Below are positions 29,858 to 39,540 of a DNA stretch of 64,000 nt, piece by piece (position 1 is the stretch's first letter; the number at the start of each line of letters is the position of its first letter). Position numbers and translations under genes: made by a program. The notes beneath the pieces were generated by a model that saw only the letters and a program-made list of their open reading frames with translations, was not told where the DNA came from and ran no database searches. The DNA comes from an uncultured Planctomycetia bacterium (GTDB lineage: Bacteria > Omnitrophota > Gorgyraeia > VGKN01): the NCBI GenBank assembly GCA_964506845.1, contig CAZDNS010000001.1, positions 5,618-69,617 of the forward strand, written 5' to 3'.

Positions 29858-29997
29858 GAAGTGACTATAAATATGCTGGTTGAATTTGACCCTTGACATT
29901 TTACCTTAGAAAAGTTGCATCCATAGCAAAATGTCAAGGGTTTAATTCGCAGACGCCCCAAAACTTCGGAGCTACAATTTACGTCACTACGTTCCAT
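29858..29997. promoter_or_regulatory. nested inverted-repeat cassette, copy 1 (outer TTATGGAACG.. / ..CGTTCCATAA; inner CCCTTGACAT..ATGTCAAGGG)
   Basis: Inner palindrome at 29891-29941. About 40 bp upstream of the RBS and ATG at 30037. Confidence 0.45.
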
Positions 29998-30036
29998 AAA
30001 TTGTCTGCTCATTGAAAAAAGGAGGTGAGAATCTAA

Positions 30037-30270
30037 ATGGCGGAAAAAGTCGCAAAGGCTGGCATCAAGAGAGAGAAGGGCTACCTGTATTATCTTGATA
30101 AGCAGGGTGACATCTCAAAGGCAAAGATGGCAAGAGGCGGAAAAAAGGGCGGAAATCCAAGTAAGGTCACAAAGCTTGGCGTAAAAAGAGCTGAAGGCTA
30201 TCTTTATTTTATTGACAAACACGGCGATGTCTCAAGAGCAAAGATGGCCCGAAAAGGAAAGAAAAGATAA
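30037..30270 (+). CDS. small lysine-rich basic protein with internal duplication
   Basis: 77 aa. Two ~30-aa halves, KREKGYLYYLDKQGDISKAKMARGGKKGG and KRAEGYLYFIDKHGDVSRAKMARKGKKR. AAGGAGG RBS. Confidence 0.4.
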   Translation: MAEKVAKAGIKREKGYLYYLDKQGDISKAKMARGGKKGGNPSKVTKLGVKRAEGYLYFIDKHGDVSRAKMARKGKKR

Positions 30271-30287
30271 TCTTTTTAAAAAAATAA

Positions 30288-30330
30288 TTTGAGCCCCCCT
30301 ATAAACTTTGACGGGGGCTCAAATTTTTAC
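30288..30330 (+). terminator. rho-independent terminator
   Basis: TTTGAGCCCCC..GGGGGCTCAAA stem followed by TTTTTAC. Confidence 0.6.
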
Positions 30331-30454
30331 CCCATACCAAGTTTGCTTTGGTGCGGGGCACGCTTGCCACAGTGGTATGAGCCATATGGTACATACCAGT
30401 AGGATACCCCACGCGGTGTCTCATAAAGGCGTGGTACGGGGTTTACGGCACAAA

Positions 30455-33256
30455 ATGACAAATCAAAAAGAATACCTGATTATTAAAGGCGCAAGGCAGC
30501 ACAACCTGAAAAACATCAACTTAAGGATTCCTAAGAATTCCCTAACAGTTATAACGGGTATAAGCGGCTCAGGCAAAAGTTCTCTTGCCTTCGACACAAT
30601 ATATGCCGAGGGGCAGCGCCGCTATGTGGAAAGCCTGTCAAGTTATGCGCGGCAGTTTATGGAACAGCTTCAAAAACCCGATTACGATTATATGGAGGGC
30701 TTATCCCCTGCCATAGCAATAGAACAACGCACTGCAAGTTCCAACCCGCGTTCAACCGTGGCAACCCAAACTGAAATATACGACTATCTGCGTCTTTTGT
30801 TTGCGCGTATCGGAATTCCCTATTGCCATATCTGCGGGAAAAAGATTGTGCGTCAGACATCACAGGAAATTGTAGAGAAGATTATGGCTCTCTCTAACGC
30901 TACGAAACTGATAATACTTGCGCCCTTAGTAAGGTCGAGAAAGGGTGAATTCCAGACACTCCTTGAAAAGGCAAGAAGGGAGGGTTTTACGAGAGTCAGG
31001 ATAGACGGAAGACTATTAGAACTCTCCGAGACTATATCCCTTGAAAAAAATAAAAGGCACACAATAGAGGTGGTGGTGGATAGGCTTATCCTTAAGCCAG
31101 AGATAAAAAAACGCCTCAACGACTCTGTTGAAACCGGCCTAAGGACATCTAATGGTTTAATACTTATTCAGGATGTAGACAGAAAGACTGAACATATTTT
31201 TAACGAACAATACACCTGTATAGATTGCGGCATAAGTTTTGAGGAAATCTCGCCAAGGATGTTTTCTTTTAACAGCCCTTATGGCGCCTGCACGAGCTGC
31301 CTGGGTCTTGGCACAAGGCTGGAAATAGACCCTGACCTCGTAGTTCCGGATAAAACCAAATCTCTGAGAGAGGGCGCTATAGAACCCTGGAGAAAGATAG
31401 GTAAGTCCTCAGTCATATATTACGGTGCTTTGCTGCACGAACTCTCGCGGCAATATAATTTTAGTCTCGATACACCTTTTAACAAATTAAACAAGGAAAC
31501 GAGGAATATTATACTCTACGGCTCCGACACTCCCCTATTTGGCAGACCCTTTGAAGGGGTAATAGCAAATCTGGAAAGAAGATTCAGCCAGACAGACAGC
31601 GACTACATAAAGGCAGAACTTCATAAATATATGAGTATGCTCGCCTGCCCCTCCTGCAAGGGCGCAAGACTAAAAGCAGAAAGCTTATCCGTAAGGATAG
31701 GCGACAAAAATATAATTGATGTCACCCGATTAACCGCTGAAGAAGCCCTAAATTTTTTCAAAAATCTCTCCCTTTCAGAGACCGAATATAAAATTTCATA
31801 CCAAATCCTGAAAGAGATTAAACTCAGGCTTACTTTTATGCTGGATGTCGGTATCGGATACCTCACGCTTGACAGACAGAGTTCCACCCTTTCCGGCGGT
31901 GAGGCGCAGAGAATAAGGCTTGCCACACAGATAGGCTCCGGGCTTACAGGAGTGCTTTATATATTGGACGAACCGAGTATCGGACTTCATCAAAGGGATA
32001 ATGCGAAACTCCTTGCTACACTAAAGGCACTGCGCGACCTCGGTAATACCCTGATAGTGGTAGAGCATGATGAGTTTACTATAAGAAATGCTGATTATAT
32101 TGTTGACCTCGGCCCTGGTGCCGGCAAACACGGAGGCCATATTGTAACATGCGGCAACCTAAGCGAGGTGCTTAAAGACAATGACTCCCTTACCGCAAGG
32201 TATCTAAAAGGCGTCCTTAGAATAGGCGTGCCAAAACGAAGGGATTTAAGAAACAGGGAGCACCTTATAGTAAAAGGAGCGGCTGAACATAATCTAAAAA
32301 ATATCGATGTTAAAATTCCAGTGGGCTTATTTATATGCATAACAGGGGTTTCTGGCTCAGGAAAGAGCACCTTGATTTACGAAATTCTATACAGAGCCCT
32401 TGCGCAAAAATTATACAAATCAAAAATCAAACCCGGAAGATTCAGCGAGATAACAGGACACAATCTCATAGATAAGGTAATTGTTATAGACCAATCGCCT
32501 ATAGGCAGGACCCCGCGTTCAAACCCCGCCACTTATACCGAAACCTTTGGTTTAATAAGGGATTTATTCTCCAAAACAAAGGAATCAAGAATAAGAGGAT
32601 ACAGGCCCGGAAGGTTCAGTTTTAACGTTAAGGGCGGAAGGTGCGAGGCGTGCAGGGGCGACGGGTTAAAACACATAGAGATGCACTTTCTGCCGGATGT
32701 CTACGTAGTCTGTGAGGTATGCAAGGGAAAAAGATTTAACGAGCAAACACTAGAGATAAAATACAAGGGGAAATCCATTGCCGATGTGCTCGAGATGACT
32801 GTTGAAGACGCACTTATTCTATTTAGCGACATCCCAAGAATAAAACAGAAACTATCAACTATCAACGATGTGGGCTTAGGATATATAGAACTCGGGCAAA
32901 ATGCAACTACCCTATCCGGAGGGGAAGCCCAGCGTATAAAATTGGCTGCTGAATTAAGCCATCGCGCCACAGGAAAAACCCTCTATATACTTGATGAGCC
33001 TACAACCGGACTGCACTTTGCCGATATAGAAAAACTGCTCAAAATACTACAGGCCCTTGCGGACGGCGGCAATACGGTTATCGTAATTGAGCATAATCTT
33101 GACATAATAAAATGCGCTGATTATATAATAGATCTTGGCCCTGAGGGTGGTTCAAACGGCGGATTTATAGTTGCAGAAGGCTCTCCGGAAGAAATTTCTG
33201 AAAATCCAAAATCATATACAGGTCAATATATTAAAAGTTTGCTGGCTCGAAGGTAA
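30455..33256 (+). CDS. uvrA: excinuclease ABC subunit A
   Basis: Two ABC ATPase modules ([10 protein letters not shown] / [10 protein letters not shown]), zinc-finger Cys pairs, LSGGEAQR signatures. Start moved to ATG 30455 ([18 protein letters not shown]). Confidence 0.9.
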   Translation: MTNQKEYLIIKGARQHNLKNINLRIPKNSLTVITGISGSGKSSLAFDTIYAEGQRRYVESLSSYARQFMEQLQKPDYDYMEGLSPAIAIEQRTASSNPRSTVATQTEIYDYLRLLFARIGIPYCHICGKKIVRQTSQEIVEKIMALSNATKLIILAPLVRSRKGEFQTLLEKARREGFTRVRIDGRLLELSETISLEKNKRHTIEVVVDRLILKPEIKKRLNDSVETGLRTSNGLILIQDVDRKTEHIFNEQYTCIDCGISFEEISPRMFSFNSPYGACTSCLGLGTRLEIDPDLVVPDKTKSLREGAIEPWRKIGKSSVIYYGALLHELSRQYNFSLDTPFNKLNKETRNIILYGSDTPLFGRPFEGVIANLERRFSQTDSDYIKAELHKYMSMLACPSCKGARLKAESLSVRIGDKNIIDVTRLTAEEALNFFKNLSLSETEYKISYQILKEIKLRLTFMLDVGIGYLTLDRQSSTLSGGEAQRIRLATQIGSGLTGVLYILDEPSIGLHQRDNAKLLATLKALRDLGNTLIVVEHDEFTIRNADYIVDLGPGAGKHGGHIVTCGNLSEVLKDNDSLTARYLKGVLRIGVPKRRDLRNREHLIVKGAAEHNLKNIDVKIPVGLFICITGVSGSGKSTLIYEILYRALAQKLYKSKIKPGRFSEITGHNLIDKVIVIDQSPIGRTPRSNPATYTETFGLIRDLFSKTKESRIRGYRPGRFSFNVKGGRCEACRGDGLKHIEMHFLPDVYVVCEVCKGKRFNEQTLEIKYKGKSIADVLEMTVEDALILFSDIPRIKQKLSTINDVGLGYIELGQNATTLSGGEAQRIKLAAELSHRATGKTLYILDEPTTGLHFADIEKLLKILQALADGGNTVIVIEHNLDIIKCADYIIDLGPEGGSNGGFIVAEGSPEEISENPKSYTGQYIKSLLARR

Positions 33257-33400
33257 CCCCCTGCTCCCATAAAACCTCGTTCTTCAGAACAGGTATGAAG
33301 GCCTGTGATTAAGATATCTTTCCCAAAAACCCACAGGTAAAAAGATATTGAATAAAAAGAATAAAAATGATAAAATTACAAGATTATTATATAAGTTTTT

Positions 33401-35872
33401 ATGAGAAAATTTTTAATTTTTAGTATAATTGTATCAAGCGTATTCTTTTCATATAACCAAGATGGTATTACGCAACCCACTGATACAGAAGATTTTACGG
33501 CTATAAAAAAATCTTTTCAGGATGGGTTTTATAAAATAACCCTGAGTCAACTTGAAGACTTTATAAAAAAATACCCGACTTCGGATGAAATAAGCGAGGC
33601 CCACCTATTATTAGGGATATCGCTATATTATTTGGAAAAATATGAAAAAGCCGCTTTCGAATTTGAATATCTGATAAATTCTGCCGGGGGAAGCCTCTTT
33701 GAAGATGAAATCCTTTACTGGCTTGGCGAGACTTATATCAAGCGCTCTGACTTTAAGAGTTCTTTAGAGTCCTTTCAAAAACTTATAGACAGATTCCCAA
33801 ATTCAAAATTTTTAGAACATGCGTATTATTCAAAGGGTTTTTGCCTTTTTAACCAAAAGGAATATGCTAAAGCCTTTGAAGTGTTTGAGGAATTTTTAAA
33901 GACCTTTCCGGCGAGCGCGCTTTCACAGGATGTAAAGTTTATGCGTTCAGACTCCCTTTTCAACCTGAAGGCTTACGAAGAGGCTTTAAAAAAAATAGAC
34001 GAATTTATGGAAGATTTTCCCATGAGTAAATACACACTACAGTGCTATCTACGAAAGGGTGATATATATTTTAATATAGGCCAATATGACAAAGCGCAAT
34101 CCTTTTACCAAAGGGTTATCTCTATGCAGTCAAAAACACACTTTGCTATGTATGCCACCTATGGACTGGCACAGTCCTATTTTAAGCAGGCCCGTTACAA
34201 AGATGCCCTTACCAATTACGAGACAGTAAAGGAATACTTCTACAAGGAGCCTATAGCTATCTCTGCCTTATTTTCGATAGCGAGATGCTTTGACAACCTT
34301 GGAGAATACGAAAACTCGCTAGGAGTGTATAATGAAATCATTTCAAAATACCCAAAAAGTGAATTTAGTGACGATGCCTTTTTCTGGAAGGCGAACTGTT
34401 ATTTTGAAATGAAGAAATATGAGGAGAGCATATCGGTATATAACGATGCTATAATAAGATTCCCTAATAGCGATTTGATAGACGATATGTATTATAACAT
34501 TGCATGGTCATACCTGAAAATAAAGGACTATAAAAATGCCATAGAGTCTTTTAGAACTGTTTTAAATAAATCCGATGATAATCTATTTAAAATTGGAGCG
34601 CTTTGCAGAATTGGCGATATATATCTGGAAACTGATAATCCCGGCCAGGCCTTAGATACATACGACCAGGCACTAAGGGAATATGCCTCTAATCCCTATA
34701 GCGATTATGCCCAGTATCAACTCGGAGTTTCACTCTCAAAACTAAACAGAATTGATTCGGCGATTCTGGCATTTTCAAGCCTTATATCAAATTTCCCAAA
34801 CAGCAAACTTAAGGACGATTCCCGCTTCCAATTGGGACAGCTTTACCTATCCAAGGGAAACTATGCACAGGCAAAGCAGGAATTCAAAGAGATAATCAAT
34901 GATATTATCGAAAGCCCGCTAAAAAAAGAGGCTTTTTTTGCAACCGGAATATGTCTTTATAACGAGAGGGATTACTCAAGGGCGGTAAAAACCTTTAAGC
35001 AAATAATAAAAGACTATGCCGACGAACCTATAGTTGACAGGGCAAGATACCAACTTATTTACTGCTACATTCAATCTGGTTTTGAGAAAGAAGCCCTGAA
35101 TGAATTTAAGGAGATGTTATCTAAAAATCCCGCAAGTCTCGTATGTGCGGATACGTATTTTCTGCTAGGTGAATATTTTTTAAGTATTAATAAATTTGAC
35201 AGGGCAGAAGATTTTTTTTCCAAGGTTATCTTGAATTTTCCAAATCACGAACTTATAGATAAGGCGCTCTACTTAAGCGGTGTAAGCCTATACAGGACAG
35301 GTAAAATAAACTTGGCGATAAAAAAATTTGAAGCGGTGTACCATAATTATCCATCCAGCACCTTTGCGGCTGAGTCTATGCTAATGAGCGCCGATATACT
35401 TATTTCAAGGGGAAAGCTCGAATCTGCGATGCAACGGCTTGATGACATTATAACAAAATTACCAAATACAAATTACTCCCTCCTGGCATATAAGAAGAAA
35501 GCGGAGATCTTAAAATCAACTGGTAAGCCAGGCTCTGCAATCGAATACTTTAATAAAGCAATAGGAGGATTGGGAAATGATATAGACGCCGAAATACAGT
35601 TTATGATAGGTGAATCTTATGAAGATGTGCACCGCTACGAGGAGGCAATAAGGGAATATCTAAGGGTAACCTATTTGTACCCCTATTCAAGCTATTGGAC
35701 CATAAAATCACTTTTCAGGACAGCCGGTATTTTTGAGCGCCTGGAAAAATGGGGAGAGGCTAAAAAGCTTTATGAAAAATTAGTGATTTTGAATGTAGAT
35801 GAATCAAAATACGCAAAAGAAAAACTCGAATGGATAGAAACCAAAATAACTAACCAAAATCTAACTTACTAG
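33401..35872 (+). CDS. secreted tetratricopeptide-repeat protein (many TPRs)
   Basis: Signal peptide, 823 aa of recurring TPR-like repeats (A..Y..G). Confidence 0.7.
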   Translation: MRKFLIFSIIVSSVFFSYNQDGITQPTDTEDFTAIKKSFQDGFYKITLSQLEDFIKKYPTSDEISEAHLLLGISLYYLEKYEKAAFEFEYLINSAGGSLFEDEILYWLGETYIKRSDFKSSLESFQKLIDRFPNSKFLEHAYYSKGFCLFNQKEYAKAFEVFEEFLKTFPASALSQDVKFMRSDSLFNLKAYEEALKKIDEFMEDFPMSKYTLQCYLRKGDIYFNIGQYDKAQSFYQRVISMQSKTHFAMYATYGLAQSYFKQARYKDALTNYETVKEYFYKEPIAISALFSIARCFDNLGEYENSLGVYNEIISKYPKSEFSDDAFFWKANCYFEMKKYEESISVYNDAIIRFPNSDLIDDMYYNIAWSYLKIKDYKNAIESFRTVLNKSDDNLFKIGALCRIGDIYLETDNPGQALDTYDQALREYASNPYSDYAQYQLGVSLSKLNRIDSAILAFSSLISNFPNSKLKDDSRFQLGQLYLSKGNYAQAKQEFKEIINDIIESPLKKEAFFATGICLYNERDYSRAVKTFKQIIKDYADEPIVDRARYQLIYCYIQSGFEKEALNEFKEMLSKNPASLVCADTYFLLGEYFLSINKFDRAEDFFSKVILNFPNHELIDKALYLSGVSLYRTGKINLAIKKFEAVYHNYPSSTFAAESMLMSADILISRGKLESAMQRLDDIITKLPNTNYSLLAYKKKAEILKSTGKPGSAIEYFNKAIGGLGNDIDAEIQFMIGESYEDVHRYEEAIREYLRVTYLYPYSSYWTIKSLFRTAGIFERLEKWGEAKKLYEKLVILNVDESKYAKEKLEWIETKITNQNLTY

Positions 35873-35950
35873 GTCAAATGAAGACGCAGTTTATGAAACG
35901 ATAGTGAACATAAATTGCATGGCAGACGTCCCGAAGTTTCGGGACTATAC

Positions 35951-35975
35951 TTGACATCTTCGATGTCAAGTATCT
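35951..35975. promoter_or_regulatory. palindrome ACTTGACATCTTCGATGTCAAGT, cassette copy 2
   Basis: Perfect TTGACAT-N5-ATGTCAA, 21 bp before the exbB ATG. Preceded by GTCCCGAAGTTTCGGGAC at 35926-35945. Confidence 0.5.
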
Positions 35976-35995
35976 ACTCATTAAAGGAGGTTTTT

Positions 35996-36628
35996 ATGCT
36001 CAATATGATACAAAAGGGCGGGCCTGTGATGTATCCGATAACACTCTGTTCGATTCTTTCGCTGGCCATAATTATCGAAAGATTATACCATCTTTATACC
36101 GCAAAAATTGATACCAAAAAATTTATGTCTAGCATCCTAAACACCTTAAAGAGAAACAGAATAATGGAGGCAATAGATTTATGCGATAAAACGCCGGGGC
36201 CTATCGCCCGCATCCTTAAGGCAGGGATGCTCAAACATGACCGCACGAGGCAGGAAATACGAGAGGCTATAGAAGATGCGGGACTACATGAAGTGCCGAG
36301 GCTTGAGCGAAATCTGGGCGCCCTTGCAACAATAGCGCATATATCGCCGCTCTTGGGGCTTCTGGGAACAGTAACAGGTATGGTGCGGTGTTTTCAGGTA
36401 ATTCAGCAGAAAGCCACTACCTTAAACCCTGTAAGTCCGGGCGACCTTGCAGGAGGCATATGGGAGGCTCTGATAACTACCGTAGCAGGCCTTATCGTCG
36501 CCATACCAACCTATGTGGCTTATAATTATCTCATCAGTCAGGTAGACAATCTGGTGCTGGATATGGAAACCTCCGCAACCGAACTGACAAATATCCTTTC
36601 CCAGAGGAGAGAATCCCATGAGGCTTAA
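35996..36628 (+). CDS. exbB: MotA/TolQ/ExbB proton-channel family protein
   Basis: 3 TM helices, 210 aa. Start at ATG 35996 after AAGGAGG. Track ORF extends upstream. Confidence 0.8.
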   Translation: MLNMIQKGGPVMYPITLCSILSLAIIIERLYHLYTAKIDTKKFMSSILNTLKRNRIMEAIDLCDKTPGPIARILKAGMLKHDRTRQEIREAIEDAGLHEVPRLERNLGALATIAHISPLLGLLGTVTGMVRCFQVIQQKATTLNPVSPGDLAGGIWEALITTVAGLIVAIPTYVAYNYLISQVDNLVLDMETSATELTNILSQRRESHEA

Positions 36629-37031
36629 AAGACATTTAGAGATAGAAAAGGGGCTTAAGCAACTCGATATTGCACCTTTGATAGATGTGGTGTTCCAACT
36701 TTTGATATTTTTTATGCTGACCTCAAGTTTCATATTCCAGCCCGGCATAAAGATAAATCTCCCTAAGGCGGTGACATCTGAAATCGTAAAAGAAAAAAAT
36801 CTGCTTATAACTGTTACCTCTGAGAATCTTATATACTTAAACAACAGGCCGGTAACTACCCGCGAGTTGGTGAATGAATTAAAAACAGCTGCCAAAGAAA
36901 ACAGGCCGCTCTTAATAAACGCAGATAGAAAAGCCTCGTTAGGAAGAGTGGTGGAGATATGGGACCTCTGTCGTGCCCAGGGTATTTCTCAGGTAAATAT
37001 TGCGACAAACCAGGAAATACCGGCAAGGTAA
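36618..37031 (+). CDS. exbD: biopolymer transport protein ExbD/TolR
   Basis: 137 aa, single N-terminal TM (DIAPLIDVVFQLLIFFM). Confidence 0.8.
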   Translation: MRLKRHLEIEKGLKQLDIAPLIDVVFQLLIFFMLTSSFIFQPGIKINLPKAVTSEIVKEKNLLITVTSENLIYLNNRPVTTRELVNELKTAAKENRPLLINADRKASLGRVVEIWDLCRAQGISQVNIATNQEIPAR

Positions 37032-37032
37032 T

Positions 37033-37719
37033 ATGACTATAAAAAAACCTTTTTTATTAGCTTTAATTCTTTCTGCTATCTGGCATTTTATTTGGATGAT
37101 TTCAATAAACGTAGTTGTGCTGCCAAGCAATTTGCTTTTTATGAAGAATACAGATGTCTCATTCCTTGGCTCCTTTCTAAATGAAGTATTTGTGGAAAGA
37201 GTGCATATAAAAGAAACCGCTTTTTTTACAAAACCTAAGATCGTTCCTTCGTATATGCTTAAAACTCCCAAGCCGGATGAAAACCTAATCGCCCTTACTA
37301 ATTCACCGCGGTACCAGAATATTATTTACGAAAGATATTTTTTTACAGAGTCAAAACCCTTTATAAAAAAAATTAACCCTGAATATACCTTTGTCAATGA
37401 AAGTATATCCCCTCCGAAGGGAAATGAACTAATAGGCGAGGAGGCACGTTCAAGGATCCTCTTTACAAAACCGCCCTTTCCAAGATATACCAAGGCTTAT
37501 CAAGAACTTGAGGGCACTTTTGAGATAGACGTTGATTTTCTGGTTACGCCTTATGGCGAGGTTTATTTTCCAAGGGTAATCCGTTCCTCGGGTTATCCTG
37601 ACATAGACCGCTTAGCGGTTGATTATACGAGAAGGCTAAAATTTAACCCCTTATCATTAAACCAAAAACAAAAAGACCAGAGAGGGACTATAAAGGTCAA
37701 CGTTTCTTGCGACAAATGA
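37033..37719 (+). CDS. TonB-family energy transducer
   Basis: N-terminal TM, C-terminal TonB domain (EGTFEIDVDFLVTPYGEV...). Follows exbBD. Confidence 0.6.
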   Translation: MTIKKPFLLALILSAIWHFIWMISINVVVLPSNLLFMKNTDVSFLGSFLNEVFVERVHIKETAFFTKPKIVPSYMLKTPKPDENLIALTNSPRYQNIIYERYFFTESKPFIKKINPEYTFVNESISPPKGNELIGEEARSRILFTKPPFPRYTKAYQELEGTFEIDVDFLVTPYGEVYFPRVIRSSGYPDIDRLAVDYTRRLKFNPLSLNQKQKDQRGTIKVNVSCDK

Positions 37720-37952
37720 TAAAGCTGGATTTATCCACTTTCGTGTCGCTCCATATTTTTATCTCAGTGATCGTGGTATTAATATGCTGGATCTTCTTTG
37801 AGATAAGGGCACGCATAGACGGAATAAAAAGCGAGGAAAAACATATATGGCGTTGCAATATATGCGCTAACGTATATATCGACAGCCTGAGCGATGAATT
37901 ATCAAAATGTCCTAACTGCGGCAGTTTTATAAAAAGACAACAGCAAAATTAA
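37707..37952 (+). CDS. small membrane protein with C-terminal CxxC..CxxC zinc ribbon
   Basis: 81 aa. TM helix, then WRCNICANVY...CPNCGSF. Confidence 0.35.
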   Translation: MRQMIKLDLSTFVSLHIFISVIVVLICWIFFEIRARIDGIKSEEKHIWRCNICANVYIDSLSDELSKCPNCGSFIKRQQQN

Positions 37953-37956
37953 ATGA

Positions 37957-38098
37957 AGACACAACTTATGCCTGCCTGTCGGCAGACAGGGAATGCAATG
38001 ACATAAGCTGTGTGTCTGAATTTACCCTTGACATCTTCGATGTCAAGGGTCCAACTCGCACAGCAACTTATGTTCACTTTGTTCCATAAGTTGTGTGC
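37957..38098. promoter_or_regulatory. nested inverted-repeat cassette, copy 3, carrying an inserted GC palindrome
   Basis: CCCTTGACATCTTCGATGTCAAGGG at 38024-38048. CCTGCCTGTCGGCAGACAGG at 37971-37990. Outer arms GAAGACACAACTTATG / CATAAGTTGTGTGCT. Confidence 0.5.
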
Positions 38099-38115
38099 TC
38101 ATAGGAGGTTATAAA

Positions 38116-38388
38116 ATGTCACAACATTCGAGCCTAAGATCAAGAGGAGTGAGTAAAAGACATAGAAGTGTCTTTAAAAGATTCGAAAGAATTAAAATAC
38201 TTAAGAAAGAGGGTAAGTGGACACAGAACGATTCGATATTCGGCCTTCCTAAGGTTAAATCCATTAAAATCAAGGTCAAGAAAGAAAAAGCACTGGAAGA
38301 AAAAACCGCCGAAGCAACAGTCCAGCCAACCCCGGCAGTTAGTGCTCCACCTGAAACCAAAAAAAAGGAAGAGAAGCCAAAGAAATGA
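38116..38388 (+). CDS. small Lys/Arg-rich basic protein
   Basis: Start MSQHSSLRSRG after TAGGAGG. ~90 aa, basic N-terminus and KKKEEKPKK tail. Confidence 0.4.
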   Translation: MSQHSSLRSRGVSKRHRSVFKRFERIKILKKEGKWTQNDSIFGLPKVKSIKIKVKKEKALEEKTAEATVQPTPAVSAPPETKKKEEKPKK

Positions 38389-39539
38389 GGAGTTTATTTC
38401 TAGTATTTACTATATTCTTTTTCTTTTCCATGGCAGCAAGCCCCGTTAGAGAACAAAATTCTCTAACTGCCTGGGCTGATAATGATTTTAAATCACCATT
38501 GGCTTTAAACAGTAACGACCCCAGATTAAAGTCGGCGGCTTTCTCTAACGGGGTAAACGGACAGGAGAACAAGCCTTTTATTGGAGAGATAACTTCTGAC
38601 AGGGTAAATGTAAGGGCAGGCCCGGATTTAAACTTCGAGATAATATATAGCCTCGATAAAGGCCAGAAGATAGAGGTTAAAGAGGAACAGTTCGGCTGGT
38701 ACAGGATACAGCTGCCAGAAGAGTGTGTTCTTTATATAAATAAGGAATTCGTAAGCAAGGATGCGGATAATTACCTGGCAAAAGCGGAAGGGGTAAACGT
38801 AAGGTCGGGGGCAGGTTTTGAATTTAACGTAGTGGGGCAATTATCAAAGGGAAGCAAAATCGAGGTTATCAGGGAGGAGCTTAAGTGGTACGGTATAAAA
38901 GCGACGCCCGATTGCTCCGGATGGGTCAATTCAAAATATATAAGATTTTATGAAACTATGGAGAAGTATAAGCTCGACCTGGCGAGGAAAGAGGCGGCAG
39001 GGAAAAATTATTCTAAGATACTATCAAATTATACCCGCGAGTTAAAACAAAATATATCCGATATGAAACTTGAGCCAATCCGTGCGGATTTTGAAAGATT
39101 TCTTGTTGATTATCCCGATACGCCCCAGGCAAAACTAGCCCAAGAAAAAATAGACGAAATAAATTTAAAATTACTCGAAATAGAACATCTAAAGACGAGG
39201 GAGAGTTTAAAAGAAGCCCGGCAGGAATTTAGAGAGGCGAAGAGACTAATAGATGAAAAAATATCTCTCATAGATAATATAGCCCAAATAAAAACTAACG
39301 TAAGAAAGGACCCGCCAGCCTACGTTGGGACAATAGAGGATGTCGGTATTTTATGGAACAGGCCTGCCAGGCATAAACTCTGCAATGAGAATAAAGAAAT
39401 CTTATGTTATCTTGCATCAGAAAAAATAGATTTAAACCGATTCATTTACAGAAAGGTAAGACTATGGGGAAAGGCTGAACCCCTACCCAACTCAGAGAAG
39501 AAATTGCTAAGGGTAAGTTATCTGGAAGAAATGGATTAA
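38385..39539 (+). CDS. secreted protein with two bacterial SH3 domains and a coiled-coil C-terminal region
   Basis: Signal peptide. SH3b-like VNVRAGPDLNFEII..WYRI and VNVRSGAGFEF..WYGI. MITE-like element copy 3 lies in frame after the signal peptide. Confidence 0.55.
   Translation: MRSLFLVFTIFFFFSMAASPVREQNSLTAWADNDFKSPLALNSNDPRLKSAAFSNGVNGQENKPFIGEITSDRVNVRAGPDLNFEIIYSLDKGQKIEVKEEQFGWYRIQLPEECVLYINKEFVSKDADNYLAKAEGVNVRSGAGFEFNVVGQLSKGSKIEVIREELKWYGIKATPDCSGWVNSKYIRFYETMEKYKLDLARKEAAGKNYSKILSNYTRELKQNISDMKLEPIRADFERFLVDYPDTPQAKLAQEKIDEINLKLLEIEHLKTRESLKEARQEFREAKRLIDEKISLIDNIAQIKTNVRKDPPAYVGTIEDVGILWNRPARHKLCNENKEILCYLASEKIDLNRFIYRKVRLWGKAEPLPNSEKKLLRVSYLEEMD
38439..38558. repeat. MITE-like inverted-repeat element, copy 3 (inside the SH3-protein reading frame)
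   Basis: AGCCCCGTTAGAGAA at 38439-38453 plus adjacent hairpin partner TTCTCTAAC. Right arm TTCTCTAACGGGGT at 38541-38554. Confidence 0.55.
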
Positions 39540-39540
39540 T

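Noticed and set aside
30308-30454. N-terminal 49-aa extension of the uvrA ORF given in the track ([11 protein letters not shown]...)
   Set aside because: The extension overlaps the upstream terminator hairpin and has no RBS. The conserved UvrA N-terminus begins at the ATG at 30455.
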